From a candidate division TM6 bacterium GW2011_GWF2_28_16 (GTDB lineage: Bacteria; Patescibacteriota; Microgenomatia; UBA1400; PJMF01), in contig CP011212.1 in the NCBI GenBank assembly GCA_001029715.1, forward strand, positions 530,173 to 594,172: a stretch of DNA of 64,000 nt, given 5' to 3'. Shown piece by piece: positions 40,660 through 51,118 of the stretch (position 1 is its first letter; each line of letters starts with the position of its first letter). The notes below the pieces were generated by a model. The model ran no database searches. It worked only from the letters and a program-made list of their open reading frames with translations, and was not told where the DNA came from. The position numbers were made by a program, and so were the translations under genes.

Positions 40660-41747
40660 ATAAAATAATTAAAATTATTTTTGTCGTTTTTATTTTACTT
40701 CAAATTTTTAGTGTCAATTCCAAAGCTCAAGAACAGTCTGAAACAAAAACTTATCAAGCAACAATTACTGAAATTCTAGAAAAAAATAATTCAACTAATC
40801 TAAATGCTGGAGAAATGTTCCAAAAATTAGAATTAGTGGTTACAAGTAAAGGAGAGCTAAAATCAGAAAAAATTTCTCTAGAAAATATTGATCCCCGAAT
40901 TGAATATAAAGTTGGAGATAAACTAATGATTTATCGTGCCAATGCAGAAACCTTTCTTATCGCCGACCAAGTTCGTACCAATGCATTATTTATTCTATTT
41001 TTAGTTTTTATTTTTTTTGTTTTACTTATTTCTAGATGGAGAGGATTAGGCTCACTACTTGGCATGAGTTTCTCCTTTTTAGTAATTATTTATTTTATTC
41101 TGCCAAGAATTGCCACTGGCGGCGATCCAATTCTAATTGCCATCATTGGTTCTTTATTAATTATTCCCGCTACTTTCTATCCTTCTCATGGAATGAATCG
41201 TAAAACTACCATCGCTGTTTTCAGCACTCTAATCGCTTTAGTTGTTACTGGTTTTCTAGCAAGTTTTTTTATTAATTTCGCTAAGTTAAGTGGTCTCTCA
41301 TCTGAAGAAGCTGGCTTTTTACAAACAATAAATCCAGGTTTATTTAATATGAAAGGTCTACTTTTAGCTGGAATAATCATCGGTGTTTTGGGAGTTTTGG
41401 ACGACGTAACTGTTTCTCAAGCTTCAATTGTTGAACAACTCAAAATCGCTGATCCTAATCTGAAAACTACTGAGCTTTACAAAAAAGCCATGCAAGTTGG
41501 CCATGATCACATTTCATCAATGGTCAACACTTTAGTTTTGGTTTACGCTGGAGCTTCTTTGCCGCTCTTATTACTTTTCAATGATGCTGCGAGACCATTT
41601 TCTGAAATCCTCAACTATGAAATTATTGCCGATGAAATTGTTCGCACTTTAGTGGGTAGTATTGGCCTCATCTTGGCAGTGCCAATTAGCACCTTCTTTG
41701 CTGTGATCTTTCTTGGCAAATCAAATAATAAAATATCACAGGATTAA
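40656..41747 (+). CDS. YibE/F family membrane protein
   Basis: LGVLDDVTVSQ, VNTLVLVYAG.SLP, EIVRTLVGSIG. Confidence 0.88.
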   Translation: MNKIIKIIFVVFILLQIFSVNSKAQEQSETKTYQATITEILEKNNSTNLNAGEMFQKLELVVTSKGELKSEKISLENIDPRIEYKVGDKLMIYRANAETFLIADQVRTNALFILFLVFIFFVLLISRWRGLGSLLGMSFSFLVIIYFILPRIATGGDPILIAIIGSLLIIPATFYPSHGMNRKTTIAVFSTLIALVVTGFLASFFINFAKLSGLSSEEAGFLQTINPGLFNMKGLLLAGIIIGVLGVLDDVTVSQASIVEQLKIADPNLKTTELYKKAMQVGHDHISSMVNTLVLVYAGASLPLLLLFNDAARPFSEILNYEIIADEIVRTLVGSIGLILAVPISTFFAVIFLGKSNNKISQD

Positions 41748-41759
41748 AAATTGTTATTT

Positions 41760-42104
41760 TTAAGCAGGAAAAGATGGTACTTCTTCGCTGGTGAATTCCT
41801 TAATAAATCTAGCAAGAAATGTATATTTACCTGCTAAATTAAGGTAACTCTCTTGTAATTCTGGTTTTTCGGCTAAATCTGAAAGTATTTTTATTAAATT
41901 TAAAACTTGATTAGTTATTTCTTCACTAGGCTTATTCTCTTCACTGAAATTAGCCAATATAATTTTCTTTTGTATTTCAGAAAATTTTTCATCGATTTCT
42001 TCTATAACAAGATTAATTTCTTCTTGAGAAAGTTTTTCTTCTTCATTTATTGGCTTGTTCATTCCATCTAAATTTGATTCTGCTATGATCATAAAATCTT
42101 TCAA
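41760..42104 (-). CDS. Acidic hypothetical protein
   Basis: 114-aa ORF filling the gap 3' of mutM; no motif recognised. Confidence 0.55.
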   Translation of the reverse strand: MKDFMIIAESNLDGMNKPINEEEKLSQEEINLVIEEIDEKFSEIQKKIILANFSEENKPSEEITNQVLNLIKILSDLAEKPELQESYLNLAGKYTFLARFIKEFTSEEVPSFPA

Positions 42105-42140
42105 TAAATTGTATTAAGCAAATATATCATTTAAAAGATT

Positions 42141-43004
42141 CTAAATACACTGACAGCTTGGACAATAAAACGTCCCGCGACCACCTTGTTTAATTCTAAT
42201 AATTTTGCTGCCACACTTTAAACAAGGCTGACCTTCTCGTCCATAAACTTTTAATTCGTTTTGAAAACCACCTGCAAAACCATCAACTCCCACATATTTA
42301 CCATCAAAAGTCGTGCCACCTAACTGAGTAGAACGTTCAATAATTTTCTGCATGGCCTGGAGTAATTTTTTCATTTGTTTTGGGTTGATTTCTTTGGCAG
42401 GAATTTTTGGATTAAGGCTAACCGCAAAAAGCGATTCACTAGCATAAATATTTCCTACTCCACAAATAACTTTGTTATCCATAATAAATTGTTTTATCGG
42501 GATTTGACGCTTTTTAGCAAGGTCTATTAAGTAATCTGCAGTCAAATTTGGGTCATCAATATCTGGACCATAATTCACAAATTCTTTGCTAACATCAATT
42601 TTAAGCGGCGAGCGGATCCAGCCAAAAACACGCATGTCGTTGAAAAAAAGCCGCGAGCCGTCAGTAAAATTAAAAATCACTCTAGTGTGCTTAGCTGGCA
42701 GATCATTGACCCAATCAGCAGTTGGATGACCGCCGCCGGCTCTTTTGCCATCAACATCGACAAAAATTAATTGGCCAGTCATTTTTAAGTGAATTAAAAG
42801 ATCGCGCTCACCACTGATTACAATTTGTAAAATTTTGGCGCGGCGCTTAACTTCTACAACAGTTTGATTTGAAATTTCTTGACCAAAAATAGGGAAGGCC
42901 AGAAAACTTTTGTCACGTAAAACTTCAATTTGTTGAATTTGTCGATTCGCTAAAACTACATTAAGTTTGCGACGAATAGATTCAACTTCTGGAAGTTCTG
43001 GCAT
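42141..43004 (-). CDS. mutM: Formamidopyrimidine-DNA glycosylase
   Basis: MPELPEVE, HLKMTG, GVGNIY, C-terminal Zn finger. Confidence 0.97.
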   Translation of the reverse strand: MPELPEVESIRRKLNVVLANRQIQQIEVLRDKSFLAFPIFGQEISNQTVVEVKRRAKILQIVISGERDLLIHLKMTGQLIFVDVDGKRAGGGHPTADWVNDLPAKHTRVIFNFTDGSRLFFNDMRVFGWIRSPLKIDVSKEFVNYGPDIDDPNLTADYLIDLAKKRQIPIKQFIMDNKVICGVGNIYASESLFAVSLNPKIPAKEINPKQMKKLLQAMQKIIERSTQLGGTTFDGKYVGVDGFAGGFQNELKVYGREGQPCLKCGSKIIRIKQGGRGTFYCPSCQCI

Positions 43005-43564
43005 TAGTTTTTTTTAATTAATTCAAGTAAAAATGGAAATTTTTTATATTCTTCACCAAACGAGCCAACGCTGAAATGTTTTTGACCTTTTCTAACAATA
43101 AGTTCGCCACCTAACTTCTCAGCCAAAAATTCAGCGTGTTCCAATGGGCAATAAGGATCGTTATCCGAGTGGATAAAAATAAAATGTTTTGCTTTATTTT
43201 TTATTTTGGCAAAATCAAATGGTTCTTCAAACAAACCGTCCAAAGCATCCCAATCTAAATTGTCTTTAAAAGCACCAATTAAATAACAGCTATTAACCAC
43301 AACTGACTCTGGCAATACTTGTAGTAGTCCCAAAATTGCCACTGCTCCAGAAGAATGACCGATTAGAATACTGTCTTTATTAAATTGATAAGATTTTTCT
43401 TCTAGTAAAAATTTATTGTAGGTTTTAATATTTGGGCGATCACAATTTGGCAATTGAGGCAAATTGACTTGCCATGATTTTTTCTCTAATTCTTGACGCA
43501 ACCAATCAAACCAATTTTCTGTTGGATAGCCATCTGTTCCGTGCAGAATAATGGCATTTTTCAT
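43004..43564 (-). CDS. RBBP9/YdeN family alpha/beta hydrolase
   Basis: ILHG, NWFDWL, GHSSG, SDNDPYCP, HF. Confidence 0.88.
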   Translation of the reverse strand: MKNAIILHGTDGYPTENWFDWLRQELEKKSWQVNLPQLPNCDRPNIKTYNKFLLEEKSYQFNKDSILIGHSSGAVAILGLLQVLPESVVVNSCYLIGAFKDNLDWDALDGLFEEPFDFAKIKNKAKHFIFIHSDNDPYCPLEHAEFLAEKLGGELIVRKGQKHFSVGSFGEEYKKFPFLLELIKKN

Positions 43565-43568
43565 AGAT

Positions 43569-46500
43569 TTACTCCTTATGTTCCTTCGCTCCAATCAAAC
43601 CACATTTTTTATATTTAAGTCCCGAACCACAAGGACAAAGGTCATTGCGACCAACTTTGGCATATTTATCAGTAGTACCACTACCTGTAGTAGTGCTACT
43701 CGAGTTTTGGCCACCAGCCATTTTACCTAATGCGACGGCTAAATCATTAGCGTTGCCTTTTCGGTTACTATTTCCGCTAGTAGCATTTTCTTGTCTTCTT
43801 TCCACTTGAACTGCCTGTCCTAAGCTAGGCGTCGCTTCCGAAGGAGCTTGCAAATTAATTTTTGCTGGCATAGTAGAACGTTGCATCATTGGCTGGACAC
43901 GGAAAATGCGAGCGGCAATGGTACTTTCGACAGTAGCAATTAAATCCTCAAACATTAAAAAAGCTTCTTTTTTGTATTCTGCCAGAACGGTATTTTTATC
44001 GCCACGCAACCAAATACCTTCACGCAAATCTTCCACAGCGTCCAAGTGATCCATCCATTTTTCATCAATGGTGGAGAGGACTACATATTTTTCTAGTTCG
44101 CGCATAATGGCTTCACCAAGAATTTGTTCTCTGGATTCATAAGTCTTGCTAATTACATCCATGAGTTCATTACTAATTTCTTCTGTGTTAGACAGCTTGC
44201 TAATTTTTTTAGCTAATCTACTCTGCGAAGCATCATCAAAAGGAATAATCCTCACAAACTCTTTAGTAATTGCTGCAAATTCCTCATCAGTGAAATTTTC
44301 AGGAGCCCGTAGCGAAACGAGACTTGTGATCTCATTACTTAAGTAATCCATGATTTGGTCTTTGAGAGTAATTTTTTTACCTGTCTCATCGAGCAAAACT
44401 GTTGCTAATTTGTCATCAGAGCCTTTACTTATTTCAGCTTTAATTGTGCCAGCTTCTAATAAACGACGACGACGTTTATAAATAATCTCGCGATGTTTAT
44501 TCATCACATCGTCAAATTCAACCAAGCGTTTACGTTGATCAAAAAAGAAAGTTTCCACTTTGACCTGAGCTGATTCAATGGCTTTGCTAACCATCGGATT
44601 TTCGATGGCCTGATCTTCATCTATCTTGAGAAAATCCATCACTTTGGCAATTTGCTCACCACCAAAAATACGCATAATTTCATCATCAAGAGCCACAAAA
44701 AATTGCGAAGTTCCTGGATCACCCTGACGACCAGAACGACCACGGAGCTGATTATCAATACGACGAGACTCATGACGTTCAGTCGCCACAATTGCCAAAC
44801 CACCTACAGACACTACATCGTCATGATCTTTTTGCCATTTTTCCAAAGCAGTAGCGTAAGCATCTAAATCATAGTTGGCTGGATTAATCGAAGTTGGTAA
44901 GCCAAGCTTCTCATATTTTTTAGCTAAAGTAATTTTCTTTTTACTGCGCTCCTTTTTCAAAAAGTCTTTGAGCTCAGGTTTGGCTCCACCAAGGACAATA
45001 TCAACACCACGACCAGCAATATTAGTAGCCACCGTAATGGCTCCACGACGCCCAGCATCGGCAATAATGAAAGCCTCTTTCTCATGATTCTTAGCATTTA
45101 AAACTTGATGAGGGATATTTTTTCTCTTCAAAAAGTTAGCCACAATTTGATTGTGTTCAATTGAACGAGTACCAATTAAAACTGGACGACCAGCAGCATG
45201 AATTTCTTCCACTGCCTTAACAATGGCTGAATATTTGGCAGCTGTATTTTTGTAAACTTGATCTGGCAAATCTTGACGGACCACTGGTTGATTAGTTGGA
45301 ATAGCCAAAACATCCACGTGATAAATTTGGTTAAATTCTTCTGACTCGGTCAAGGCTGTTCCAGTCATACCAGAAAGTTTCTGATACATGCGGAAATAAT
45401 TTTGCAAAGAAACAGTGGCTAGCGTACGTGATTCTTGCTGAATCGGCACCCCTTCTTTGGCCTCAATAGCCTGATGAAGGCCATCGCTATAACGACGACC
45501 AAACATTAAACGTCCAGTGTGCTCGTCGACAATTACCACCTGATTATCTTTAACAATGTATTCTTTATCGCGATGATAAAGAGTAGAGGCTTTGAGTGAA
45601 GATTCAACGTGATGGATGGTGTCAAAACTTTCTTCGTAGAGATTTTTGACTCCCAATTTAGCTTCAATGCGTTTGACACCTAAATCTGTTAGAGTAGCAG
45701 TTTTGGATTTTTCATCCAATTTGAAATCTTGATCAATTACCAAAGAATGGACCATTTTGGCATATTCAAAATATTTATCTGTTGGCTCACTGTCCGGGGC
45801 TGAAATAATTAAAGGCGTACGCGCTTCATCAATCAAAATGGAATCAGCCTCGTCAACAATGGCAAAATAATGAGGAGTATCTTGGCGCTGAACCATTTGA
45901 TCCAAACTCTGAATCATGTTATCGCGCAAATAATCAAAACCAAATTCATTGTTAGTGCCATAAGTAATATCGGCTAGATAAGCATCTTGGCGAGCAATCT
46001 CTTCGAAATGTTCTAAACGCTCGTCGCCCCGCTCCTCGCTATCAACATCAGGATTATATAAACGAGCATGATCATGAACAATTACAGCAGCTTTAAGACC
46101 TAAGAAATGATACAAAGGACCCATCCAACCCAAACCAATTTCAGATAAGTAATCATTAACAGTAATTAATTGGACACCTTTGCCAAGTAGAGCATTGAGG
46201 TAGAGTGGACAGGTCACGGTCAAAGTTTTACCTTCACCAGTTTTTTGTTCTGTGATGTTACTACGGTGAAGAGCTACTCCAGCCAAAAGTTGCACATCAA
46301 AGTGTCGCATCCCTAAAATACGGCGTGAGGCTTCACGCACCGTGGCATATGCCTCAGGCATAATTTCTTCTAAAACCGCTTGTTCTTTTTCCTTGAGAGT
46401 TTCTGCATTGGCATCAGCAACTACTTCAGCAATTCTGGCCTTAAATTTATCTGTTTGTGCAGCTAATTCCTGATCACTAAGCTCCTGCATTTGAGGCTCA

Positions 46501-46586
46501 AAGGCATTAATTTGATCAACAATTATTTGATATTCCCTAATTTTCTTGGCTTCTTCATCAAATAAATTCTTAAAAAATTTAAACAT
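43569..46586 (-). CDS. secA: Preprotein translocase SecA
   Basis: TGEGKT, DEAD, NQLRGRSGRQGDPG, SEC-C CPCGSG. Confidence 0.98.
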   Translation of the reverse strand: MFKFFKNLFDEEAKKIREYQIIVDQINAFEPQMQELSDQELAAQTDKFKARIAEVVADANAETLKEKEQAVLEEIMPEAYATVREASRRILGMRHFDVQLLAGVALHRSNITEQKTGEGKTLTVTCPLYLNALLGKGVQLITVNDYLSEIGLGWMGPLYHFLGLKAAVIVHDHARLYNPDVDSEERGDERLEHFEEIARQDAYLADITYGTNNEFGFDYLRDNMIQSLDQMVQRQDTPHYFAIVDEADSILIDEARTPLIISAPDSEPTDKYFEYAKMVHSLVIDQDFKLDEKSKTATLTDLGVKRIEAKLGVKNLYEESFDTIHHVESSLKASTLYHRDKEYIVKDNQVVIVDEHTGRLMFGRRYSDGLHQAIEAKEGVPIQQESRTLATVSLQNYFRMYQKLSGMTGTALTESEEFNQIYHVDVLAIPTNQPVVRQDLPDQVYKNTAAKYSAIVKAVEEIHAAGRPVLIGTRSIEHNQIVANFLKRKNIPHQVLNAKNHEKEAFIIADAGRRGAITVATNIAGRGVDIVLGGAKPELKDFLKKERSKKKITLAKKYEKLGLPTSINPANYDLDAYATALEKWQKDHDDVVSVGGLAIVATERHESRRIDNQLRGRSGRQGDPGTSQFFVALDDEIMRIFGGEQIAKVMDFLKIDEDQAIENPMVSKAIESAQVKVETFFFDQRKRLVEFDDVMNKHREIIYKRRRRLLEAGTIKAEISKGSDDKLATVLLDETGKKITLKDQIMDYLSNEITSLVSLRAPENFTDEEFAAITKEFVRIIPFDDASQSRLAKKISKLSNTEEISNELMDVISKTYESREQILGEAIMRELEKYVVLSTIDEKWMDHLDAVEDLREGIWLRGDKNTVLAEYKKEAFLMFEDLIATVESTIAARIFRVQPMMQRSTMPAKINLQAPSEATPSLGQAVQVERRQENATSGNSNRKGNANDLAVALGKMAGGQNSSSTTTGSGTTDKYAKVGRNDLCPCGSGLKYKKCGLIGAKEHKE

Positions 46587-46612
46587 AGGATCCTACTTAT
46601 ACCATTTATTTT

Positions 46613-47926
46613 CTAGATCATAAATGGGCGCAACACCTCTGGAATCTCTACGGAACCATCGGCCTGTTGATAATTTTCAATCACTGCTGCCAATAGACGT
46701 GGCGAAGCAGCGACAGTGTTATTAAGAGTATAAACAAATTTAGTACTGCCATCTTTAGCTTGATAGCGAATATTAAGACGTCTGGACTGAAAATCATTAA
46801 AATAGCTAGCAGAATGAGTTTCGCGATATTTACTCTGACCAGGGAACCAAGTTTCGATATCGTATTTTTTGCGCTGGCCTGCACCCATATCGCCAGTGCA
46901 CATTAATAAAACTTGATAAGGTAAATTCAAGCCACGCAGTAATTCCTCAGAAAAACCCAACATTTTTTGGTGCCAATCTCTAGTGACTTCTTCGTCAGCT
47001 ACGGTTAGAACCACTTGTTCAACCTTGTTAAACTGGTGAACACGAATAATACCTTTAGTATCTTTGCCATAAGAACCAACTTCACGACGATAGCAAGGAG
47101 AAATACCACAAATCTTAATTGGGAGATCCTTTTCACGTAAAAGTTCACCGCCATAATATGAAGTTAGAGCTACTTCGGCTGTCCCAGCTAAAATTTGGCC
47201 ATCTTGAGTGTAATAATGATCTTCAGCTCCCCAAGGGAAATAGCCAGTACCGAACATTGCTTCTTTATTGACTAAAGAGGGTACAGACATTGGCGTAAAG
47301 CCATGTTTCTTCATGATTGAAAGAGCATAAAGCATTAAGGCTTGCTCGAGCATAAGAGCATCATTCTTCAAGAAATAAGCTCTAAAACCAGCAATCTTGG
47401 TAGCACGTTCAGTGTCTAGCCAATCTAAGTCTTTCATGATTATTTCATGAGTTTTTGGAGTGAAATCGAATTCGCGTTTTTGACCTTCTTGTCTGACTAC
47501 TTGGTTAGAATTTTCATCTTTGCCAACTGGCACATCGGCGGCGGGGATGTTGGGAATGCTCGAAAGCAATTCTAAATATTTTTCGTTAATTTCTTTATCT
47601 TGAGGCTCCAAATCTTTAAGCTTAGTTTTTAAATTTTTGCTTTCTTCTAATTTTTCATTAAAATCCGATTCTTCTTTTGTTGGAAGATTTAATCCTGTAG
47701 AAACTTCTCCGTCTTTTAAGTTTTTTTGGTTTGAGACAATTATTTCTTGTATCTCTTTAGTTTTTTTATTAATCTCTGCTTTCAAACCATCCGTTTTTTG
47801 CTGAAGCAAACGTCTCTCTTCATCAACTTCCAATAACTGATCAACAATAGAAGGATCAAGGTTCTTGTTAAGACAAGCCTCTTTAACCTGATCTTTATTT
47901 TGGCGAACAAAATTGATGTCTAACAT
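46613..47926 (-). CDS. serS: Serine--tRNA ligase
   Basis: GTAEV, RREVG...RVHQFNKVE, TLNNT. Confidence 0.97.
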   Translation of the reverse strand: MLDINFVRQNKDQVKEACLNKNLDPSIVDQLLEVDEERRLLQQKTDGLKAEINKKTKEIQEIIVSNQKNLKDGEVSTGLNLPTKEESDFNEKLEESKNLKTKLKDLEPQDKEINEKYLELLSSIPNIPAADVPVGKDENSNQVVRQEGQKREFDFTPKTHEIIMKDLDWLDTERATKIAGFRAYFLKNDALMLEQALMLYALSIMKKHGFTPMSVPSLVNKEAMFGTGYFPWGAEDHYYTQDGQILAGTAEVALTSYYGGELLREKDLPIKICGISPCYRREVGSYGKDTKGIIRVHQFNKVEQVVLTVADEEVTRDWHQKMLGFSEELLRGLNLPYQVLLMCTGDMGAGQRKKYDIETWFPGQSKYRETHSASYFNDFQSRRLNIRYQAKDGSTKFVYTLNNTVAASPRLLAAVIENYQQADGSVEIPEVLRPFMI

Positions 47927-47952
47927 AGTTCCTTGCTTTAATTATTAAATTT

Positions 47953-48153
47953 CTATTTTTTATGTGTTATTGCAAAAGTACTAAAAGCTGAATTTTTTTC
48001 ATCCCAAGACAAGGCAATGGCTGCATTAACTAACAACTGTAGTGCTTCTGCATCAACTTTTGAAGCTAGCTCATTTAAAGCCTCTGGACTTGAATTTTGA
48101 TGCAATAATGATTCTGCCTCTTTGGTGTCTGTTATTACGATTTTTTCTCCCAT
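47953..48153 (-). CDS. Small hypothetical protein
   Basis: 66-aa ORF co-oriented within operon. Confidence 0.45.
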   Translation of the reverse strand: MGEKIVITDTKEAESLLHQNSSPEALNELASKVDAEALQLLVNAAIALSWDEKNSAFSTFAITHKK

Positions 48154-48164
48154 ATTTTCTTTCT

Positions 48165-48695
48165 TTAACTCCTAAACACATTAATTAAAAATTCAATGTG
48201 CTCATCTGGAGTTTTATTAATTAATAAAAAGCCTTGTTGAATATCTTCACGACTAACATTAGCTGCAAAAGATTTGTCTTTGATTTTCTTCTTGACTGAT
48301 TTAGTTTGCATATCAGCAAAACCATTGGGTCGCATAAGTGACACTGCATTCATTAAACCACTTAATTCATCACAAGCAAAAAGATATCTATCCAGCAAGC
48401 TTTCAGCTTGAACATTGGTTCGTCCTGGAGCATGGGCTAAGATCGCCTGTTTCATTTCTTCTGGATATTCTTCAAAAAATTCAGCCACGGCTTTCATGGG
48501 ATGTTCGTCGGGAAATTGCTCCCAATCCACATCGTGAAGTAAACCAGTAGCATACCAAAGTTCTACATCTTGATTTAAAGCTTTGCCATAAGCCTCCATT
48601 GCTTGAGCCACCATATAACAATGATGGAGGAGAGCTTCATTTTTGATATATGTTTTTAGTAAGGTTTCGCTAGATGCTCTGCTTGGTAGATTCAT
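48165..48695 (-). CDS. HD-domain protein
   Basis: H...GLLHDVD...H, AH, ACDELSG, KDKSFAANVSR. Confidence 0.88.
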   Translation of the reverse strand: MNLPSRASSETLLKTYIKNEALLHHCYMVAQAMEAYGKALNQDVELWYATGLLHDVDWEQFPDEHPMKAVAEFFEEYPEEMKQAILAHAPGRTNVQAESLLDRYLFACDELSGLMNAVSLMRPNGFADMQTKSVKKKIKDKSFAANVSREDIQQGFLLINKTPDEHIEFLINVFRS

Positions 48696-50353
48696 AAGTT
48701 TGCTATTTCCTTAAATCTTTTATCAAGTAATTCGCCATCAACTGATTTTAACAACCAACCAGCTCTGGGCCCAGCTTTTTTACCAAGTAACATGAGATAA
48801 ATACTTTCAAAAGCTTTTCTTGGTCCGATACTATTTTTAGATAAATCAAAAATTGCTTGCTGTAGGTCTGCTGGAGCCAAATCTTTTTTCTCAGTTAACA
48901 AAAGCTGGAGCTCTTTTAAGAAAACTTTTTGTTCTTCACTCAAAGTCTTAGCCTCTTCTGGCATTTCTGCTTTTGGTCTAAGCTGATATTCGCTAGGAGC
49001 ATAATTTTTAACCCAGACTTCTGCATAATGAATGCGCTCTTGAATCAAAGATTTCTCCAAATCATTTAAAGCTTCACCTTTAATTTTGGCAAATTCTTCT
49101 TCCAAATTTAATTCTGGATGCTGCATCCACATCGCCACATCTCTAAAGCGAGGTAAAAAAGAAGTTTGTTGAGCTTGAGCACTTTGAGCTAATTCAAAAG
49201 CTCTGGCTAACCTCTGATCACCCGTTTCTAAGCCCCAAGCAATACGGGCACCCTGATCATATTCATCAAATAAATCAGGAATTGCCATGGTGCTTGGATC
49301 AAAATCAATCACTTGTGAATAATTACGGCTAGCAAATAAAAAACGTCCCACAGCAGGAGGAAAAAGTTTGGTAAATTCACGAGCAGAGGTGCCGACGCCT
49401 TTACTAGAACTCATTTTAGCGCCACGAATCAAAATCCATTCGTAAGGAATATTGAAAGGCACAGGAATTTTGAAAACTTGTTCGCACTGGGCATTGGCCA
49501 TATCTCTAGAGCCACCAGCGCTGGAATGATCTTTACCAGCACCTTCTACATTTACGCCAATAGCAGTCCAGTGAGCTGGCCAATCAACCTTCCATAACAG
49601 TTTGCCGTTGCCACCAAATGGGCTTATTTTGCCTTTATGTCCACATCCTTTGGCCCAAGTAACTTTATTCTCTTGACACTCAAAAGTGACCTCTTGTCCG
49701 TCCCAACCAGTGACTAAAGTAGTGCCAACTTTTCCACAAACTGGACAAATGACTTGGAAAGGATACCAGAGCTCTGGTAATTCATATTTAGCCACATCTT
49801 GATAGATTTTTCTAAGTGGAGTTACGCTGTCCAAGGCTAAACGAATAATTTCATCCATTTTGCCAGATTCATAAAGCTCATGACTCCAAATGATTTTTTG
49901 AGTACATCCTAGAGAACGAAAAGCGTGCATGAAATCCACGGCGTAAATTTCAGCAAAGTTTTTAGCGTTTTTCAGATCTTCTAGCTCTGACTCTGAGGTT
50001 TGAGACAGGTCAATGCCACATTTATCTAATGCTGGTTTAGGAATTTTATAAAGAGGTTTACCCATGTGCTGTCCAAATTCAGTTTCATCTAAATAGGCAG
50101 GTAAACCATCCATAGGATCTACGTCATTAAAAACATAGGTGTTCTCTGGTTCAATGCCTCTTTCACGTAAAACCTGAGCAACTAAATCATGGAGTAGAAC
50201 ACCACGCAAGGCACCAGTATGAACTCTGCCAGATGGAGTTTTCATATCATCCACATGCAATTGTTTAATACCGGTTTTTTCTTGCCACTTTAAGATTCCA
50301 TCAACAACTTTGTCTAACCAATGTTTACTTTGTGCTGTTTGTTTTTCTGACAT
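48692..50353 (-). CDS. lysS: Lysine--tRNA ligase, class I
   Basis: TPSGRVHTG, CPVCG, WKVDWP, GKDH, KMSSSKG, GPRAG. Confidence 0.95.
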   Translation of the reverse strand: MSEKQTAQSKHWLDKVVDGILKWQEKTGIKQLHVDDMKTPSGRVHTGALRGVLLHDLVAQVLRERGIEPENTYVFNDVDPMDGLPAYLDETEFGQHMGKPLYKIPKPALDKCGIDLSQTSESELEDLKNAKNFAEIYAVDFMHAFRSLGCTQKIIWSHELYESGKMDEIIRLALDSVTPLRKIYQDVAKYELPELWYPFQVICPVCGKVGTTLVTGWDGQEVTFECQENKVTWAKGCGHKGKISPFGGNGKLLWKVDWPAHWTAIGVNVEGAGKDHSSAGGSRDMANAQCEQVFKIPVPFNIPYEWILIRGAKMSSSKGVGTSAREFTKLFPPAVGRFLFASRNYSQVIDFDPSTMAIPDLFDEYDQGARIAWGLETGDQRLARAFELAQSAQAQQTSFLPRFRDVAMWMQHPELNLEEEFAKIKGEALNDLEKSLIQERIHYAEVWVKNYAPSEYQLRPKAEMPEEAKTLSEEQKVFLKELQLLLTEKKDLAPADLQQAIFDLSKNSIGPRKAFESIYLMLLGKKAGPRAGWLLKSVDGELLDKRFKEIANL

Positions 50354-50371
50354 ATTTTTCCTATAACATAA

Positions 50372-50534
50372 ATAAATTAGCACTTTAAATCAAGTCCATT
50401 GAAGGAGCTGACTAATAAGCATAAATAAGCAATTATGTTCATAAACAGCGACTTCACTGAGTGAGACAAAGATTGTTAACTCGAATAAGTAACAATTTTA
50501 GTCGAACGTGACTTGATTTAAAGTGCTAATTTAT
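50372..50534. mobile_element. MITE/REP-like palindromic element (163 bp, 25-bp perfect terminal inverted repeats)
   Basis: ATAAATTAGCACTTTAAATCAAGTC (50372-96) and its exact reverse complement (50510-34); two internal hairpins; related copy at 22462-22527. Confidence 0.6.
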
Positions 50535-50555
50535 ATACTCGATAAGTATAACCTA

Positions 50556-50587
50556 AAAACCCCGCTTTTTGGCGGGGCTTTTTTTTA
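50556..50587. terminator. Terminator after greA (bidirectional shape)
   Basis: AAAACCCCGC-TTTTTG-GCGGGGCTTTTTTT. Confidence 0.8.
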
Positions 50588-50600
50588 TTTTTAATTTGTT

Positions 50601-51068
50601 CTATTTAATTTCTAAGATTTTATAAGTAGTTTTGCCCGCCGGGGTATCAACTTCAACCTTATCTCCCTTAGACTTCTTCATTAACGCTTTGCCTACTGGC
50701 GATTCTATGGAAATTTTACCAAGAGCAGGATCAGATTCATATTCACCACTCATCTGGTAACTAATTTTTTTGCTTTTACCAACTATTTCAAGAGTAACAA
50801 AAGAACCAAGAGCAACGAGTCCTGTATTTTTAGCGCTTGTTTTAACTTCTGCTTTAGACAAAATCTCTTCAATATCATAAATACGAGCTTGTAAAATATC
50901 TCTTTCATCTCTAGCACTATGATAATCAGCGTTTTCAGAAAGATCTCCTTGCTCTCTAGCATTAGAAATACGATCAATGACTTTAGGCATTGAAACCGTC
51001 TTTAACTCGAGTAATTCCTGTTGGAGTTCTTCGAAACCAGTCTGAGTAATTGTAATTGTATCTGACAT
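50601..51068 (-). CDS. greA: Transcription elongation factor GreA
   Basis: AREQGDLSENADY, ISIESPVGKAL. Confidence 0.96.
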   Translation of the reverse strand: MSDTITITQTGFEELQQELLELKTVSMPKVIDRISNAREQGDLSENADYHSARDERDILQARIYDIEEILSKAEVKTSAKNTGLVALGSFVTLEIVGKSKKISYQMSGEYESDPALGKISIESPVGKALMKKSKGDKVEVDTPAGKTTYKILEIK

Positions 51069-51118
51069 AACAGTCGCTTAGTATAAATAATTTTTCTGCT
51101 TTGGCAATAGATGAATAT

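Noticed and set aside
50354-50600. Lys T-box or lysine riboswitch before lysS
   Set aside because: No consensus elements on the minus strand; the sequence recurs next to murA.
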